61,438 nucleotides of DNA from an uncultured bacterium (GCA_903934015.1 CAIZMI010000003.1:1-61438), one strand, 5' to 3'; counted from the first letter of the stretch, positions 17,859 to 29,102 are shown. Numbers and translations: made by a program. Notes: generated from the letters alone by a model not told the origin.

Positions 17859-18416
17859 ATGAATTATAAAAATCTTAATATATCAAAAAAATATATTTAT
17901 AGCATTGCGACAGTCGCTGTCGTAGGGGTACTTTTTGGAGCCTTTTTTGCTTCTCGGGGAGGGTTACCGTCTGGGAACGAAACACCGGCCCCGGTTATCG
18001 AGTCGAGCGGTAATAATGAAACGTTTGGAAGTACTTTTAGCAATTTTATTATTGGCAGATCGGCAGACGGTTCCGCCGTTAAAAGTAATACTCCTTTAGT
18101 CAGAGCCACTAAATTTAGTACCGGAGAAAAGGTAGGGCTTAGAATCCAAACAAATAGCGAAGTCACGGTTGCGTTTCCAATCGAATTGAGATTTCTAAAG
18201 AAGGAAACCGGCGAAGAAACTCCCGCGCTCCAATCTTTTCGTCTCAAACTAACGATCAAGCCGGGTCTAAAAACGTATTGCTGTCTTTCAATCCCAAAAG
18301 AAGCCGGTAATTACACCCTTGGAATTTTAAGAAATAATTCTTTCATCGGTACGATCGGTGGAATAGTTGTTATTCCGGCCAAGGAGCAACAAGATCAATC
18401 GATTTTCGGGTTGTAA
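17859..18416 (+). CDS. Hypothetical membrane-anchored secreted protein
   Basis: N-terminal TM segment followed by a beta-rich domain with YCCL. Confidence 0.6.
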   Translation: MNYKNLNISKKYIYSIATVAVVGVLFGAFFASRGGLPSGNETPAPVIESSGNNETFGSTFSNFIIGRSADGSAVKSNTPLVRATKFSTGEKVGLRIQTNSEVTVAFPIELRFLKKETGEETPALQSFRLKLTIKPGLKTYCCLSIPKEAGNYTLGILRNNSFIGTIGGIVVIPAKEQQDQSIFGL

Positions 18417-18428
18417 CCCAAAAAGAAA

Positions 18429-19394
18429 CTAAACCAGGCCCGAAATTAAAATTTCATTATTACCCCGAAGATAATCTCTGGCAGACATTATATTCTTGTT
18501 TTGTGGTTGTATTGTTATTAGGTGAAGAGCTTTGTTGTCACCGCAACAAACTAGAAAATTATTGTCTGAATCAATAAAAACTCCCCCTGGTCTTTTCCCT
18601 ATTGTTTCTTTGTCTGATAGTTGAGCTTTATGAATTCTAATTGACTGAAGCTTATTTTTTAGCATTGTCCATGCAATGGGCCATGGGTAAAAAGCACGTA
18701 CCAGCCTTTCAATGGTTTGTGACGAATCGTTCCAGTTAACACGGGCATCATCCTTAGAGATTTTTTTGCAAATACTAATATTGTTTAATGATTGTGGAAT
18801 GGGCGTTATTTTTCCTAAAAATAAATCAGAAAGTGTTCTGACGAGTAATGAGGCACCAAGCATGGCAATTTTTTCACTAAGGGATCCCGCAGTAGCGGTT
18901 GGTAAAATTTCAATCTCTTTTTGGTCTAAAATTAATCCCGTGTCCATGCCCTTATCCATTTTCATAATAGTTACGCCGGTAAAATTATCTCCGGACAAAA
19001 TTGCCGATTGAACGGGGGATGCGCCCCGGTATCGGGGAAGAAGTGAGCCGTGAACATTCACCGCTCCAAATTTTGGTAAATCAAGAAGAAATTGAGGTAA
19101 AATTTTTCCATAGGCAACTACTACAAAAAAATCAGCGCGCAGTTCAGCCAAATTTCGACTGAAAGTATTATCAGATAGTCTTTCGGGCTGAAACACGTTA
19201 ATGTTGTGATTGATTGCCCATTGATTAATTGTGTTTGTTAAAACCTTTTTTCCTCTTCCGGATGCTTTATTTGGTTGAGTAACAATTGCCACAATATCAA
19301 AGGGTGGGTTAAATAAAAAATCAAGTGAGGGAATTGAAAATTCCGCAGAACCAAAAAATACAATTCGTATTTTTTGGTTAGAAATTTCGTTCAT
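18429..19394 (-). CDS. fmt: Methionyl-tRNA formyltransferase
   Basis: FFGSAEF, VTQP, VAYGKILP, NVHGSLLPRYRGASP, GMDTG. Confidence 0.96.
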   Translation of the reverse strand: MNEISNQKIRIVFFGSAEFSIPSLDFLFNPPFDIVAIVTQPNKASGRGKKVLTNTINQWAINHNINVFQPERLSDNTFSRNLAELRADFFVVVAYGKILPQFLLDLPKFGAVNVHGSLLPRYRGASPVQSAILSGDNFTGVTIMKMDKGMDTGLILDQKEIEILPTATAGSLSEKIAMLGASLLVRTLSDLFLGKITPIPQSLNNISICKKISKDDARVNWNDSSQTIERLVRAFYPWPIAWTMLKNKLQSIRIHKAQLSDKETIGKRPGGVFIDSDNNFLVCCGDNKALHLITIQPQNKNIMSARDYLRGNNEILISGLV

Positions 19395-19402
19395 TAAGAT
19401 AG

Positions 19403-19861
19403 TTAAAAAAGGATTTTACTCTTAAGATAATCTGTTATTAGAATTCCGTTTATGTGATCAATTTCGTGTTGAAAAATTTTTGCCTGCATGTCATTTGCTT
19501 TGATTTCTACAGGGGTTCCTTCCTCATTAATTCCCGCAACGATAATTTTTTTTGGTCTAGTAATTTTTATAAAATACTCAGGAACAGAAAGACAACCTTC
19601 CTCAAGGGTGGAAGTTACCCCGGATTGCCATGTTATTTTGGGGTTAATGATGGCATAGGGTTCATTTTCGTAATTGATAACGATAATACGTAATGGCACT
19701 CCGATTTGTGGCGCAGCCAACCCAACCCCCGTTGAGGCGATAACGGTATCTTTCATGTCAATCACTATTCTTTTAATTTCCGCGCTCGTTGGATCTAATA
19801 CCGCCTCGCTGGGGGTAGAAAGTATGTTGTTTGGGGCGTGGATAATGGGTCTTATTGACAT
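19403..19861 (-). CDS. def: Peptide deformylase
   Basis: GVGLAAPQIG, EGCLS, QHEIDH. Confidence 0.97.
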   Translation of the reverse strand: MSIRPIIHAPNNILSTPSEAVLDPTSAEIKRIVIDMKDTVIASTGVGLAAPQIGVPLRIIVINYENEPYAIINPKITWQSGVTSTLEEGCLSVPEYFIKITRPKKIIVAGINEEGTPVEIKANDMQAKIFQHEIDHINGILITDYLKSKILF

Positions 19862-19978
19862 AGATGTTAATATACATTGTAATACTAATTATTCATTTTG
19901 CAATAGGGGAGATATTTTTTGCCAGAATTTGTTTTAGTAGATAGTGTGTAAGTAAGGTAATTATATTTTAAAAAATAA

Positions 19979-21097
19979 ATGAAAATATTGATTGTAACGC
20001 CATATTTTTACCCGGCATACGTATATGGAGGTCCTATTGAAGTTTCATATCAAACCGGAAAGGCCTGGGTTGAGCAAGGTCATGAAGTATTTGTTGTAAC
20101 AACAAACGCAAATGGCACAGTTAATTTGGATGTTGAAACAAAAATACCAATTGTGATTGATGGTATGGAAGTATTTTATTGCAAACGGATGTTTTCCTCC
20201 GCGATATCATTACAAATTATGCATCTATTGGTTTCAAGGATTAAAAATGCGGATATCGTTGTTTTGCATTTTGTGTATTCGTTTACAACAATCCCAACGA
20301 TTTTATTGTGTAGAATATACAAAAAAAAATTAATTTGGCGACCGCACGGAGCATTGCAAAATTGGGTCGGAAAAAATAAGCCGAGAATCAAGAAATTTTG
20401 GAACATAATTTGTAAAATTTTACTTCCTCCAAGTGCTCATCTTGTGTTTGCTTCACAAAAGGAACGGGAGGAGTGTGGAACCATTTTTCAGCGTTTTAAT
20501 ACTGCAGTTGTACCAAATGGCGCAATTGTGCCGGCCGTATTAATTACAAAAACCGCTTCCAAAAAGATACGATTAATGTTTCTTGGAAGAATAAATAGAA
20601 TAAAAGGTTTAGAAAACTTAATAACCGCAATGATGATGGTTGACTCGAAAACTTTTACGTTGGACATATATGGAACTGGCGAGAAAAAATACGTTGAAAG
20701 CCTGAATGTCTTTATTGGGAAGCACCAACTCAGTGATCGAGTATTTATGAGGGGTGGTATTTCACATTCGTCTTTGTTGAATATATTCGCAAATACCGAT
20801 TGTTTGGTGTTGCCTTCACATTTAGAAAGTTTTGGCCAAGTTGTAGTTGAATCGTTGGCTCACGGTGTACCGGTGATTGTTTCTACCGGTGCGCCATGGA
20901 AACAAATAGACTTGGTTGGTTGCGGGTTGTGGGTTAAAAATGATTCAAAAAGTTTAGCATCAGCAATTATCAAAATGAGTAAACTGGATATGGTAAAAAT
21001 GGGCATAAGGGGTAGAAATTGGATAAAATCAGATTTTGATTGGTCGCTTGGAGCGCAAAAAATTATCGCTTTATCTGCAGTAGAAGAGAGGACTTAA
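19979..21097 (+). CDS. GT4 family glycosyltransferase
   Basis: YGGP, PHG, PNG, FLGRINRIKG, PSHLESFGQVVVES. Confidence 0.9.
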   Translation: MKILIVTPYFYPAYVYGGPIEVSYQTGKAWVEQGHEVFVVTTNANGTVNLDVETKIPIVIDGMEVFYCKRMFSSAISLQIMHLLVSRIKNADIVVLHFVYSFTTIPTILLCRIYKKKLIWRPHGALQNWVGKNKPRIKKFWNIICKILLPPSAHLVFASQKEREECGTIFQRFNTAVVPNGAIVPAVLITKTASKKIRLMFLGRINRIKGLENLITAMMMVDSKTFTLDIYGTGEKKYVESLNVFIGKHQLSDRVFMRGGISHSSLLNIFANTDCLVLPSHLESFGQVVVESLAHGVPVIVSTGAPWKQIDLVGCGLWVKNDSKSLASAIIKMSKLDMVKMGIRGRNWIKSDFDWSLGAQKIIALSAVEERT

Positions 21098-21158
21098 TAT
21101 CTGCTATCAGAAAAGCAAATATGTTTTCGTGATAAATGATAGATAACAAATAGCTTAA

Positions 21159-22955
21159 TCAGTGCGCGAATAAATTGCTCCATGAAAATGGAACGTCTAT
21201 TGACCATGAATTAGGAATTGCTTTACATAAAACACTGATGTTTTTTTCATTGGTGCGAATAATAATCTGCCCAACATATTTTGATTGTCTTTTAAAAATT
21301 ATGATATTAATTTGCCCCCTGCTTTCACTATTTGAAATTTTACTTCTTAATATTCTTGTTTCTTTTTGAGCCAAAATTTCAGTTGCGAATTCTTTTTCAC
21401 ATGTGAGCATGCGCCCGAAAGGGGGGAATAGGAGCTGTTTGCGGTCTTCTGTGTCATTTTCTATTAATTCATTAATTGTGCGGTTCTTAATATGTTTTAA
21501 TATTCCAGAATCATTGTTTCGTTCATTGATGTAAATTGTCGGGTCGGTGTTTTTTCGAATAAGCTTGTTTAGTCTTTGTAGGATAATGAGCGACTTTTCA
21601 AGCGAATCAAAGTGCGTAATGCCTGTAACTGTAGAAAAGTCGGGGACAATGCAACAATCAAAAAATGCTTTATTGACTATTGAAAATAGTATTTGTGTGG
21701 TAATTACGATATTTGCATCAGTTAGGGATGAAATTAATGAGTCAGTTATTTTTACACCTTTGTCTATTCTAATGATATTCAGTTCAGGGAACGCTTTTTT
21801 TAATAATTGCTCGATTGAGCGCGTACCTGTTTTAAGGGCGTTTATTTTGGGGCTACCGCACTTTCCGCAAAACGCTTGTAGAGTGCCGGTTATGGCTTTG
21901 CATGCTTTGCAAAATAAATCTTTATTTTGTCTCTGAAGAATTGAACCGCACTGTTCACACCGCAGAGTGTTTCCGCAGTCCTTGCATACATAAAAACTTT
22001 CATAACCAATGGCATCGTGGTAAATAAGAATTTTGTTTTGCTGACTAATTTTTCGTTTAATTAGGTTTAATATTTCATCAGAAAAAAAACCTTGTTCGTT
22101 CCAATTTTTATTAATAACCGTAATTTTTTCAAAAGTCTGATATTTATTTTTGACGTTGGATAGTGAGTATGTTGCAAAAGTTTGGATAGAGACAAGAAAG
22201 GTGAGTGGTATTTGATAAATTATGGATTTTAAATAAGCCCCAACACGAGCGTCATAAAACGGGTGCATGTTCCATTGGCGGTGAGAAGGCAAGGCAGGTT
22301 CTATTAAAATAATTGCAGTTAAATTACTAAAAGGGAGAAATATTCCGCTGTGGGTAGCAATAACTACGCAAAATTGATTCTCATATATTTCGTTTGTGAC
22401 GTCATTTTTTTCCTTTTGAGATAACTGATTGTTGTAGAAGACACATTTTCTTCCAGCTAATTTGCAAATGTTTGAAATATCATCTCCAAAAATAATTTCT
22501 GGAATAAGGATTAAAATTTGTCCAGCGCCTTTTGTCTTTAATATTTTTTCCAGTTCTTTTTCTGTAAACTTAATTACAATCGAACCGTGTCTTTTTGATA
22601 TTTCAGGATTATTGAAACGCTTTTCGGTGAACGATTTTCTATTTGATACTAAAGCCTTTGTTAATAAAGATAGGGATTCGAGAGAATAGTCAGAAAACAT
22701 TTCCAGCCATCTTAAGTCGTGTTTTGTGGCAATGTTTTTTCTTTCAATCTCAATTATGTTTTTTAGATATATATTTTTTTTCTTTGTTTTGCTCCACACC
22801 ACTCCATTAATAATGCGATTTGAGAATGGAATTCTTACCAAATCGCCAGGCACAGCATTCATATTGTTTGGAACGATGTAAGAATATTTTTGATTACCCT
22901 GCGGGGGCAGAGCAACGAGGGGGACAACTTCAATCACTTGATCGGTATTTTTCAT
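21159..22955 (-). CDS. priA: Primosomal protein N' with degenerate helicase motifs
   Basis: N-terminal YSY...GDLVRIPF; four CxxC zinc pairs; PFYDAR, GTRSIE, FPPFGR; no Walker A. Confidence 0.85.
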   Translation of the reverse strand: MKNTDQVIEVVPLVALPPQGNQKYSYIVPNNMNAVPGDLVRIPFSNRIINGVVWSKTKKKNIYLKNIIEIERKNIATKHDLRWLEMFSDYSLESLSLLTKALVSNRKSFTEKRFNNPEISKRHGSIVIKFTEKELEKILKTKGAGQILILIPEIIFGDDISNICKLAGRKCVFYNNQLSQKEKNDVTNEIYENQFCVVIATHSGIFLPFSNLTAIILIEPALPSHRQWNMHPFYDARVGAYLKSIIYQIPLTFLVSIQTFATYSLSNVKNKYQTFEKITVINKNWNEQGFFSDEILNLIKRKISQQNKILIYHDAIGYESFYVCKDCGNTLRCEQCGSILQRQNKDLFCKACKAITGTLQAFCGKCGSPKINALKTGTRSIEQLLKKAFPELNIIRIDKGVKITDSLISSLTDANIVITTQILFSIVNKAFFDCCIVPDFSTVTGITHFDSLEKSLIILQRLNKLIRKNTDPTIYINERNNDSGILKHIKNRTINELIENDTEDRKQLLFPPFGRMLTCEKEFATEILAQKETRILRSKISNSESRGQINIIIFKRQSKYVGQIIIRTNEKNISVLCKAIPNSWSIDVPFSWSNLFAH

Positions 22956-23165
22956 TTATTTAATCATCTTCAAAAAATTGTTGAACTTGGAAAATTCCTA
23001 TTGTCATGCTTTTGATAAGTCATGGGTCTTTAAGCACATTAGTTGAACAAATTTAACACAATTTTCATAAAAAAAGACTGGCATACCTTGATCCTAGCAT
23101 AGTGTTCATATTATCAATAAAATTTAGGCATATCTCTATTTTTACATATTGCCTATAATCAAAAC

Positions 23166-24026
23166 ATGAATATTTACGCTAAAATGACTAATATTTTTGA
23201 TGTGCCTGTTGTTTTTGCGACAAAACGAGATATCGTATTATGGTGCGAGGAGAGAATATTAACCAATGTCTCAACTAATATTGTTACAGTAAATCCGGAA
23301 ATTCTTCTTATGGCTCGCAGGGACGCATGGTATAAAACAATTCTTCAAAAAGCTGATTTGATTACTCCGGACGGGGCCGGAATATGCTGGGCCTTAAGAT
23401 TTACGGAATTAGCCGATCAATCAACAAGTATTGTGGGAATAATTAAGTTGTTTATTGGTTCTTTGTGGCAAGTGGTTTTTGGTCGAACGGTTAATGTTGG
23501 TTATCCTGAGAGAGTTTCAGGAGCTGATTTGTTCTGGGATATTATTCAAATTGCGGAACAACAAAACAAAAAAGTTTACTTAATTGGCGGTGAACGCAAA
23601 ACGGCGCAAAGAGCTGCTAAAAGAATTATTAGTCGGTATAAAAAAATAAATATTTGGGCATATGGTCCAGACCATACCGCCACACCATATTCGCCACAAA
23701 TATTACACAATGAAATTATTGAAATACGACCGGAAATTATCTTCGTTGCTTATGGTTCCCCAAAGCAAGAGGAGTGGATCAATCAAAATATGCACAGATA
23801 TCCTTTTGTGAGGTTTGCAATGGGGGTTGGAGGAACATTGGACTTCATAGCGGGAAACGCAGTTAGGGCGCCATTGCGTTTGCAAAAACATGCATTAGAA
23901 TGGTTTTGGCGGTTATATCAGCGTCCATCAAGGATTATTAGGGTATTTAGAGCTACAATGGTTTTCCCTTCGATTATTCTTATTTCGCAACTAAATAAAT
24001 TTTATGCAAGAAAATTCAGAAAATAA
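23166..24026 (+). CDS. WecB/TagA/CpsF (GT26) glycosyltransferase
   Basis: VTVNPE, PDGAG, ERVSGADL, AYGSPKQEEW, GVGGTLD, EWFWRL. Confidence 0.92.
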   Translation: MNIYAKMTNIFDVPVVFATKRDIVLWCEERILTNVSTNIVTVNPEILLMARRDAWYKTILQKADLITPDGAGICWALRFTELADQSTSIVGIIKLFIGSLWQVVFGRTVNVGYPERVSGADLFWDIIQIAEQQNKKVYLIGGERKTAQRAAKRIISRYKKINIWAYGPDHTATPYSPQILHNEIIEIRPEIIFVAYGSPKQEEWINQNMHRYPFVRFAMGVGGTLDFIAGNAVRAPLRLQKHALEWFWRLYQRPSRIIRVFRATMVFPSIILISQLNKFYARKFRK

Positions 24027-25482
24027 GCCAAAGGTGCGAGTTCGGTTTCCACCATCACCGACTGGTTTTTTACATGTTGGGCACGCGCGTACTGCTCTTT
24101 ATAATTATTTGTTTGCTCATATAAACAATGGAGACCTGGTTCTTAGAATTGAGGATACAGATGTTGCACGCTACAGTTCTGAAGGTGAGAAAGATATTTT
24201 TGAGAGCCTAAAATGGCTTGGATTGAGTTGGAATGAAGGCCCCGATATTGGCGGTCCGAATGCGCCATATAAACAATCCGAAAGAACCAGCAAGTATTCT
24301 GAAAAAATTAAACAACTTCTGCAAGATGGTAAGGCATATCGATGTTTTTGTTCACAAGAACGGCTTGATAAAATGCGTGAAATTGCTGAAATGGAAAAGA
24401 AATCGTTTAAATATGATAAAACGTGTCGTGTTTTGACTTTGGAGGAGAGTGACATGCGAGCAGAAAAAGAAAACTTTGTTGTAAGACTAAAGGTTGATCT
24501 GGGCGAGACGATAGTATTTGATGATTTGGTTCGGGGAAACGTTAAGTTTTCTTCTGATATGGTGGACGATTTTGTGATTTCAAAGGGGGATAATCAGGCA
24601 CTATATCATCTCGCTGTTGTAATTGATGACGCAGAGATGGGTATTACACACATTATTCGTGGCGAGGATGGATTAAGTAATACTCCGAAACACATCAGTT
24701 TACAGAAAGCATTGGGATATGTAACGCCCAGATATGCTCACTTGCCGTTAATTCTTGATGAAAAGAAAAAGAAGTTGTCTAAACGATCCGGAGATGTGGT
24801 TCTTACTCTTAAATCTCTTAGGGAGGATCAGGGGTATTTACCGGAAACACTTCTTAACGCAGTTGCACTCTTGGGTTGGAATCCCAAAACAGAACAAGTG
24901 GTTTTTACGTTGGAAGAACTAAAAGCTGCCTTTAAATTGGAAAATGTACAAAAGGCGGGGGCAGTTTTTTCGCTTGATCGACTTAACTGGTTAAATAAAC
25001 AACATATAAAAAGACTTTCTGCGGAGGATTTAATGGAAAGATCCAAGCCATTTATTAATAAAAGCGGAATAGAAATTGATAGAGGTTTTCTGTTAAAGAT
25101 AATTAGAGTCGAAAAAGAAAGAATTACTCTTCTAAAAGAAATTCCGCAATTAGTGCTGGATATAACGAACGAGCCTGTTTTGGACACGGAAAAAATTCCA
25201 TGGAAAAACGACGGCAAGGATCGAGCAAAAGATGCTCTCGCAGTATTAATTGAAGAAATTGGGATTTTGCCTATGGAAGTCTGGTCTGATCTTTTGGTCC
25301 TTCAAACCAAAATAATGGAAATTGTAGATAAAACCGAAATGGGAAGAGCAACAACATTGTGGCCAATGCGTTACGCGCTTTCAGGGAAGGAGAATAGTGC
25401 TGGACCTCATGAATTGGCTTGGTTGCTGGGAAAGCCGGAGACTATTAAGCGAATGCGAGAAGCTGTTGTACAATTAGGTTGA
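24004..25482 (+). CDS. gltX: Glutamate--tRNA ligase
   Basis: RFPPSPTGFLHVGH, RIEDTD, THIIRGED, KLSKR. Confidence 0.97.
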   Translation: MQENSENKPKVRVRFPPSPTGFLHVGHARTALYNYLFAHINNGDLVLRIEDTDVARYSSEGEKDIFESLKWLGLSWNEGPDIGGPNAPYKQSERTSKYSEKIKQLLQDGKAYRCFCSQERLDKMREIAEMEKKSFKYDKTCRVLTLEESDMRAEKENFVVRLKVDLGETIVFDDLVRGNVKFSSDMVDDFVISKGDNQALYHLAVVIDDAEMGITHIIRGEDGLSNTPKHISLQKALGYVTPRYAHLPLILDEKKKKLSKRSGDVVLTLKSLREDQGYLPETLLNAVALLGWNPKTEQVVFTLEELKAAFKLENVQKAGAVFSLDRLNWLNKQHIKRLSAEDLMERSKPFINKSGIEIDRGFLLKIIRVEKERITLLKEIPQLVLDITNEPVLDTEKIPWKNDGKDRAKDALAVLIEEIGILPMEVWSDLLVLQTKIMEIVDKTEMGRATTLWPMRYALSGKENSAGPHELAWLLGKPETIKRMREAVVQLG

Positions 25483-26705
25483 TGGGTAAAACTAAATCTC
25501 AACAAATATTTGGGACTTTAATATTGGTAACCTTTTTTATGGGGGTGACGCCTTTCGCGCGGGGCGATGTTTTAGATGATCTGCGTCAGCAGATGGCTGA
25601 AAAAAGAAAAGTAATTGATGGGATTGAACAAAAAATTAATGAGTTTAAGACCTCAATTGCAAAACAACAATCACAGGCACTCACGTTGTCCGGTCAAATT
25701 AAAATAATAGATAACGGAGTAACAAGTTTAACGTTGGAAATTGATAAAACAAATGCTCAGATTTCTGAATTACAAACCGAAAGTGAAGCGTTAAAAGAGG
25801 AAATTGAAACTGTTGATAGACAAATTGAAAATCAAAAAGTGATATTGAAAGAGTATCTTAGAACATTGCAGGCGCTGGATACAATGGGGAGTGTGCAGTC
25901 TTTCTTTAAATATGCCACCTTATCAGACGCGATAAGAGAAATTCGCTCGGTTTATCGTGCCGAGCAAAATAGTCAGATCACTCTTGATCGTATTCGAGAA
26001 TTGCAGGAAACCTTGAAGGCACGAGAAGTAACTTTTAATGATTTCAAAAGGGAACTGGATGGTTTGCAGGCAAGACAAATAAGTCAAAAAAATATTTTAG
26101 GTCAACAGCAAGAAGCAAAAACTCGCTTATTGGAATTAACGCGCGCGCAGGAATATGAATATGGAAAATTATTGAACCAGACCGTCGCAGAGCAAAAAAA
26201 GCAGGATGCTGAGATATCTCGTTTAGACACTGCTATTCGCCAGGAATTGGAGAGACAGGGTTATCGAAAATTAAGTGGGGTTGGTAAACTTGATTGGCCA
26301 ATAGATCCAATTTTTGGAATTTCATGTGGCTTTCATTGTTCCGGTTATCCGTACGCATCCTTGATTGGTGCTCATACCGGGACTGATATGCCAATTGATA
26401 TGGGGACACCAATTAGGGCGACTGCGGATGGTTATGTCGGTAAAATTCATCTTTCTTCGGGTACGGGGTATTCATACATATTACTAATTCATGGAGATAA
26501 TATTTCAACGGTATATGGACACGTTATAAATGCCAGTGTTAATGAAGGGACGTATGTTACACGTGGGCAGATAATAGGGCACACAGGTGGTGCCCCAGGA
26601 AGTCGTGGTTCGGGCCTTTCTACCGGTCCTCACTTGCATTTTGAAGTGAGAAAAAACGGAATTCCAGTCGATGCACAAAATTATTTACCTTCTCTAGGGG
26701 GTTGA
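25482..26705 (+). CDS. Coiled-coil M23 metallopeptidase (murein hydrolase)
   Basis: Signal peptide, long coiled coil, HTGTD, YGH, STGPHLHFEVR. Confidence 0.9.
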   Translation: MGKTKSQQIFGTLILVTFFMGVTPFARGDVLDDLRQQMAEKRKVIDGIEQKINEFKTSIAKQQSQALTLSGQIKIIDNGVTSLTLEIDKTNAQISELQTESEALKEEIETVDRQIENQKVILKEYLRTLQALDTMGSVQSFFKYATLSDAIREIRSVYRAEQNSQITLDRIRELQETLKAREVTFNDFKRELDGLQARQISQKNILGQQQEAKTRLLELTRAQEYEYGKLLNQTVAEQKKQDAEISRLDTAIRQELERQGYRKLSGVGKLDWPIDPIFGISCGFHCSGYPYASLIGAHTGTDMPIDMGTPIRATADGYVGKIHLSSGTGYSYILLIHGDNISTVYGHVINASVNEGTYVTRGQIIGHTGGAPGSRGSGLSTGPHLHFEVRKNGIPVDAQNYLPSLGG

Positions 26706-26706
26706 T

Positions 26707-27600
26707 ATGTATAAACCTAAATTTGTTGTAATTATTACAACCTATTTAAGAGCGGAAGCATTGGGGCGTTGTTTAAATATTATGGAGAACCAGACTAGAT
26801 TGCCTGATGAACTAGTAATTGTTGTACGCGACACTGATCTAAAAACAAGAGAATTTATTGAAAAATATCGAGACGATAATAATTTATTTAGAATAACTGT
26901 ACTTTTTGTTTCTATCCCTGGGTATTTACCTCCCTTAAAGGAAGGGTTAAGGGTCGCGGAAGGGGATTACGTGGGAATCTTGGACGACGATGTTTTGGTA
27001 AAATCAAACTGGGTTGAAAAAGCGTTATTGGCTTTTTATGAGAGTGGGCCACGTATTGGTGCTGTTGTCGGGGCACAATTTTGTAGTAATACCAAAAAAG
27101 GCAATGTATTTCCGGCGAAACTTAGTTGGTTTGGTCGTTTTGCTGTGATAAAAAATTTATCAGTTAGAACTGATAATATTAATGCTTTTTGCGAGGGCAA
27201 CATGGTTTTTCGTGGAGAAATAAGTAGAAAGTTGGAAGTTGATTTTCGATTAAATAATGGTCGAATTGCGCATCATGGTCTTGATCTTGGTTTACAAGTT
27301 ATTGGCAGTGGTTGGAAGATTTTATATGAACCCCTGTTAAACGCAGAGCATTTGGCATTACAAGAGCAGTGGAATATCGATAAGGTTCAAAACATACAAA
27401 GTTATGTTGCAAATTTGGCAATTATCATTAAAAAGCATTTTGGAAAGAAAAGATTGTTCTTCTTTGCAATTTACAATATAGCGATGGGCCAATATAGTAT
27501 GCCTGGTTTGCTGTATTTTTTGTTTAAGAATAAGGTTCAATATAAAAATGTTTCCTTGACGCGTATCGAATTACTTACGGCGCTTTTTCAGAGCACATGA
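26707..27600 (+). CDS. GT2 family glycosyltransferase
   Basis: IITTYLR...QTRLPDE, LDDD motif. Confidence 0.85.
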   Translation: MYKPKFVVIITTYLRAEALGRCLNIMENQTRLPDELVIVVRDTDLKTREFIEKYRDDNNLFRITVLFVSIPGYLPPLKEGLRVAEGDYVGILDDDVLVKSNWVEKALLAFYESGPRIGAVVGAQFCSNTKKGNVFPAKLSWFGRFAVIKNLSVRTDNINAFCEGNMVFRGEISRKLEVDFRLNNGRIAHHGLDLGLQVIGSGWKILYEPLLNAEHLALQEQWNIDKVQNIQSYVANLAIIIKKHFGKKRLFFFAIYNIAMGQYSMPGLLYFLFKNKVQYKNVSLTRIELLTALFQST

Positions 27601-29057
27601 ATCTTTCGATATTTGTATACGAAATAATTAAATCATTTTTTTCGTTTTTGCCTATACTGATACCACTGGGCGCTCTTATTTTTTTATTTATTCCGTCTCG
27701 TAAAGTACTCTTTCTTTTTATATTTTTTCTCGGTTTTCAAGCAATATTTATCGACATAGGGGTTATGGTAAATATTCCCCGCGCATTACTATTCATTACA
27801 TTATTGACAATCCCTATATATTTTACGCGGGAATTAATAATTGCTTTAAAAGGCTACCCCGCAAAAAAAATGTTAATTGTAGTAATATTTTTTTTAGCAA
27901 TATCGGCGTTACTGAATATTCCCAGTTTTCCGATAAAAAATATCCTTACCGCCTATGGCCCGATAGGAGATAGTTTATTTCGCGACCGTGCCACTAAACA
28001 GGCATCCCAGATTTTGATGTTTATTCTTAAGGCTTCAATTCCTCTGGTAATTTTAACGATATGTCGCACGAGAAAAGAAGTTGTTGTAATGTTAAAAGTT
28101 TTAATGGCGGGTACGTCATTTCTTTGTCTCTATGGCATTTATCAGTTTTTTGCTTATCTGTTTAATTTACCGGCAATTTATATATACCGAGGCGCGTTTA
28201 ATCCAACCGGTGCTGTGGGTATTTTCAGTACGCCATTTGGAAATTTTTTTAGAGTATCATCATTGGCTGGTGAACCAAAGGATTTGGCGGGAATTTTATT
28301 ACCAGTTTCAATATTATTAGCGGTGATTACTTGGCGAGTGGTAAAAGAAAAACATTATAATCTAAACCTAAAGTTGGTATTGTTGGGTCTGTTTTTTCTG
28401 AATACTTGTGTTTTTGTTGCGACTTTTTCAACTGCGGGATGGTTAGGTGCTCTTGTCGGGATTGGTGGAATTTTTATATTTAGTATGAATTTTCAACCTA
28501 AAATTAGAACAGTTTGGATTTTTTGCAGTATTTGTTTGGGACTTATGGCTATGTATGTTGTTATTCCATCGGTAAATGATGTAGTAAACAAAAGAATAAT
28601 TGAAAGATTAAATTATGAATATTTACTAAATAATAATGAATACGGGGTCCCTCAGTTGTTACATATGTATAAAACACACCCGGAAACAATTATTTATGGG
28701 GCGTCTTTGGGTGGAGCGGTTTTTTATGAACAATACAATGAGCAACCGGAAAGCATAGTATATTACCTATTTGATTATGGTGTTATCGGAATTATTTTGC
28801 TTTTCTCCTTCTTTTTATTGGTGTTAAGAAAAATACTCAATATTTCAAAATCTGATAATTTTAAAAAGGACATTTTATTAAGTGGTCTTGTTTATACGAT
28901 GGTGGGGAGTATTGTGGCCACACTCGTTTTTCCTAAAGTGGACTCTATGCTTGGCTTATGGGTTATTATTGGATTAACGACGGCGTTGACAATTTCCTCA
29001 AAAGAAGGAATTGAGAGCACGAAAGACGATCGCAGTTTTAGCGCAGAGTCATATTAA
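27597..29057 (+). CDS. O-antigen ligase/Wzy-like polymerase
   Basis: Many TM segments; YGIYQ, RVSSLAGEP, TFSTAG, DYGVIG; glycan-cluster context. Confidence 0.75.
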   Translation: MNLSIFVYEIIKSFFSFLPILIPLGALIFLFIPSRKVLFLFIFFLGFQAIFIDIGVMVNIPRALLFITLLTIPIYFTRELIIALKGYPAKKMLIVVIFFLAISALLNIPSFPIKNILTAYGPIGDSLFRDRATKQASQILMFILKASIPLVILTICRTRKEVVVMLKVLMAGTSFLCLYGIYQFFAYLFNLPAIYIYRGAFNPTGAVGIFSTPFGNFFRVSSLAGEPKDLAGILLPVSILLAVITWRVVKEKHYNLNLKLVLLGLFFLNTCVFVATFSTAGWLGALVGIGGIFIFSMNFQPKIRTVWIFCSICLGLMAMYVVIPSVNDVVNKRIIERLNYEYLLNNNEYGVPQLLHMYKTHPETIIYGASLGGAVFYEQYNEQPESIVYYLFDYGVIGIILLFSFFLLVLRKILNISKSDNFKKDILLSGLVYTMVGSIVATLVFPKVDSMLGLWVIIGLTTALTISSKEGIESTKDDRSFSAESY

Positions 29058-29102
29058 TACGGTATGTTCCATGATTATATATAAGGTGGTAAAATATGAA
29101 AA

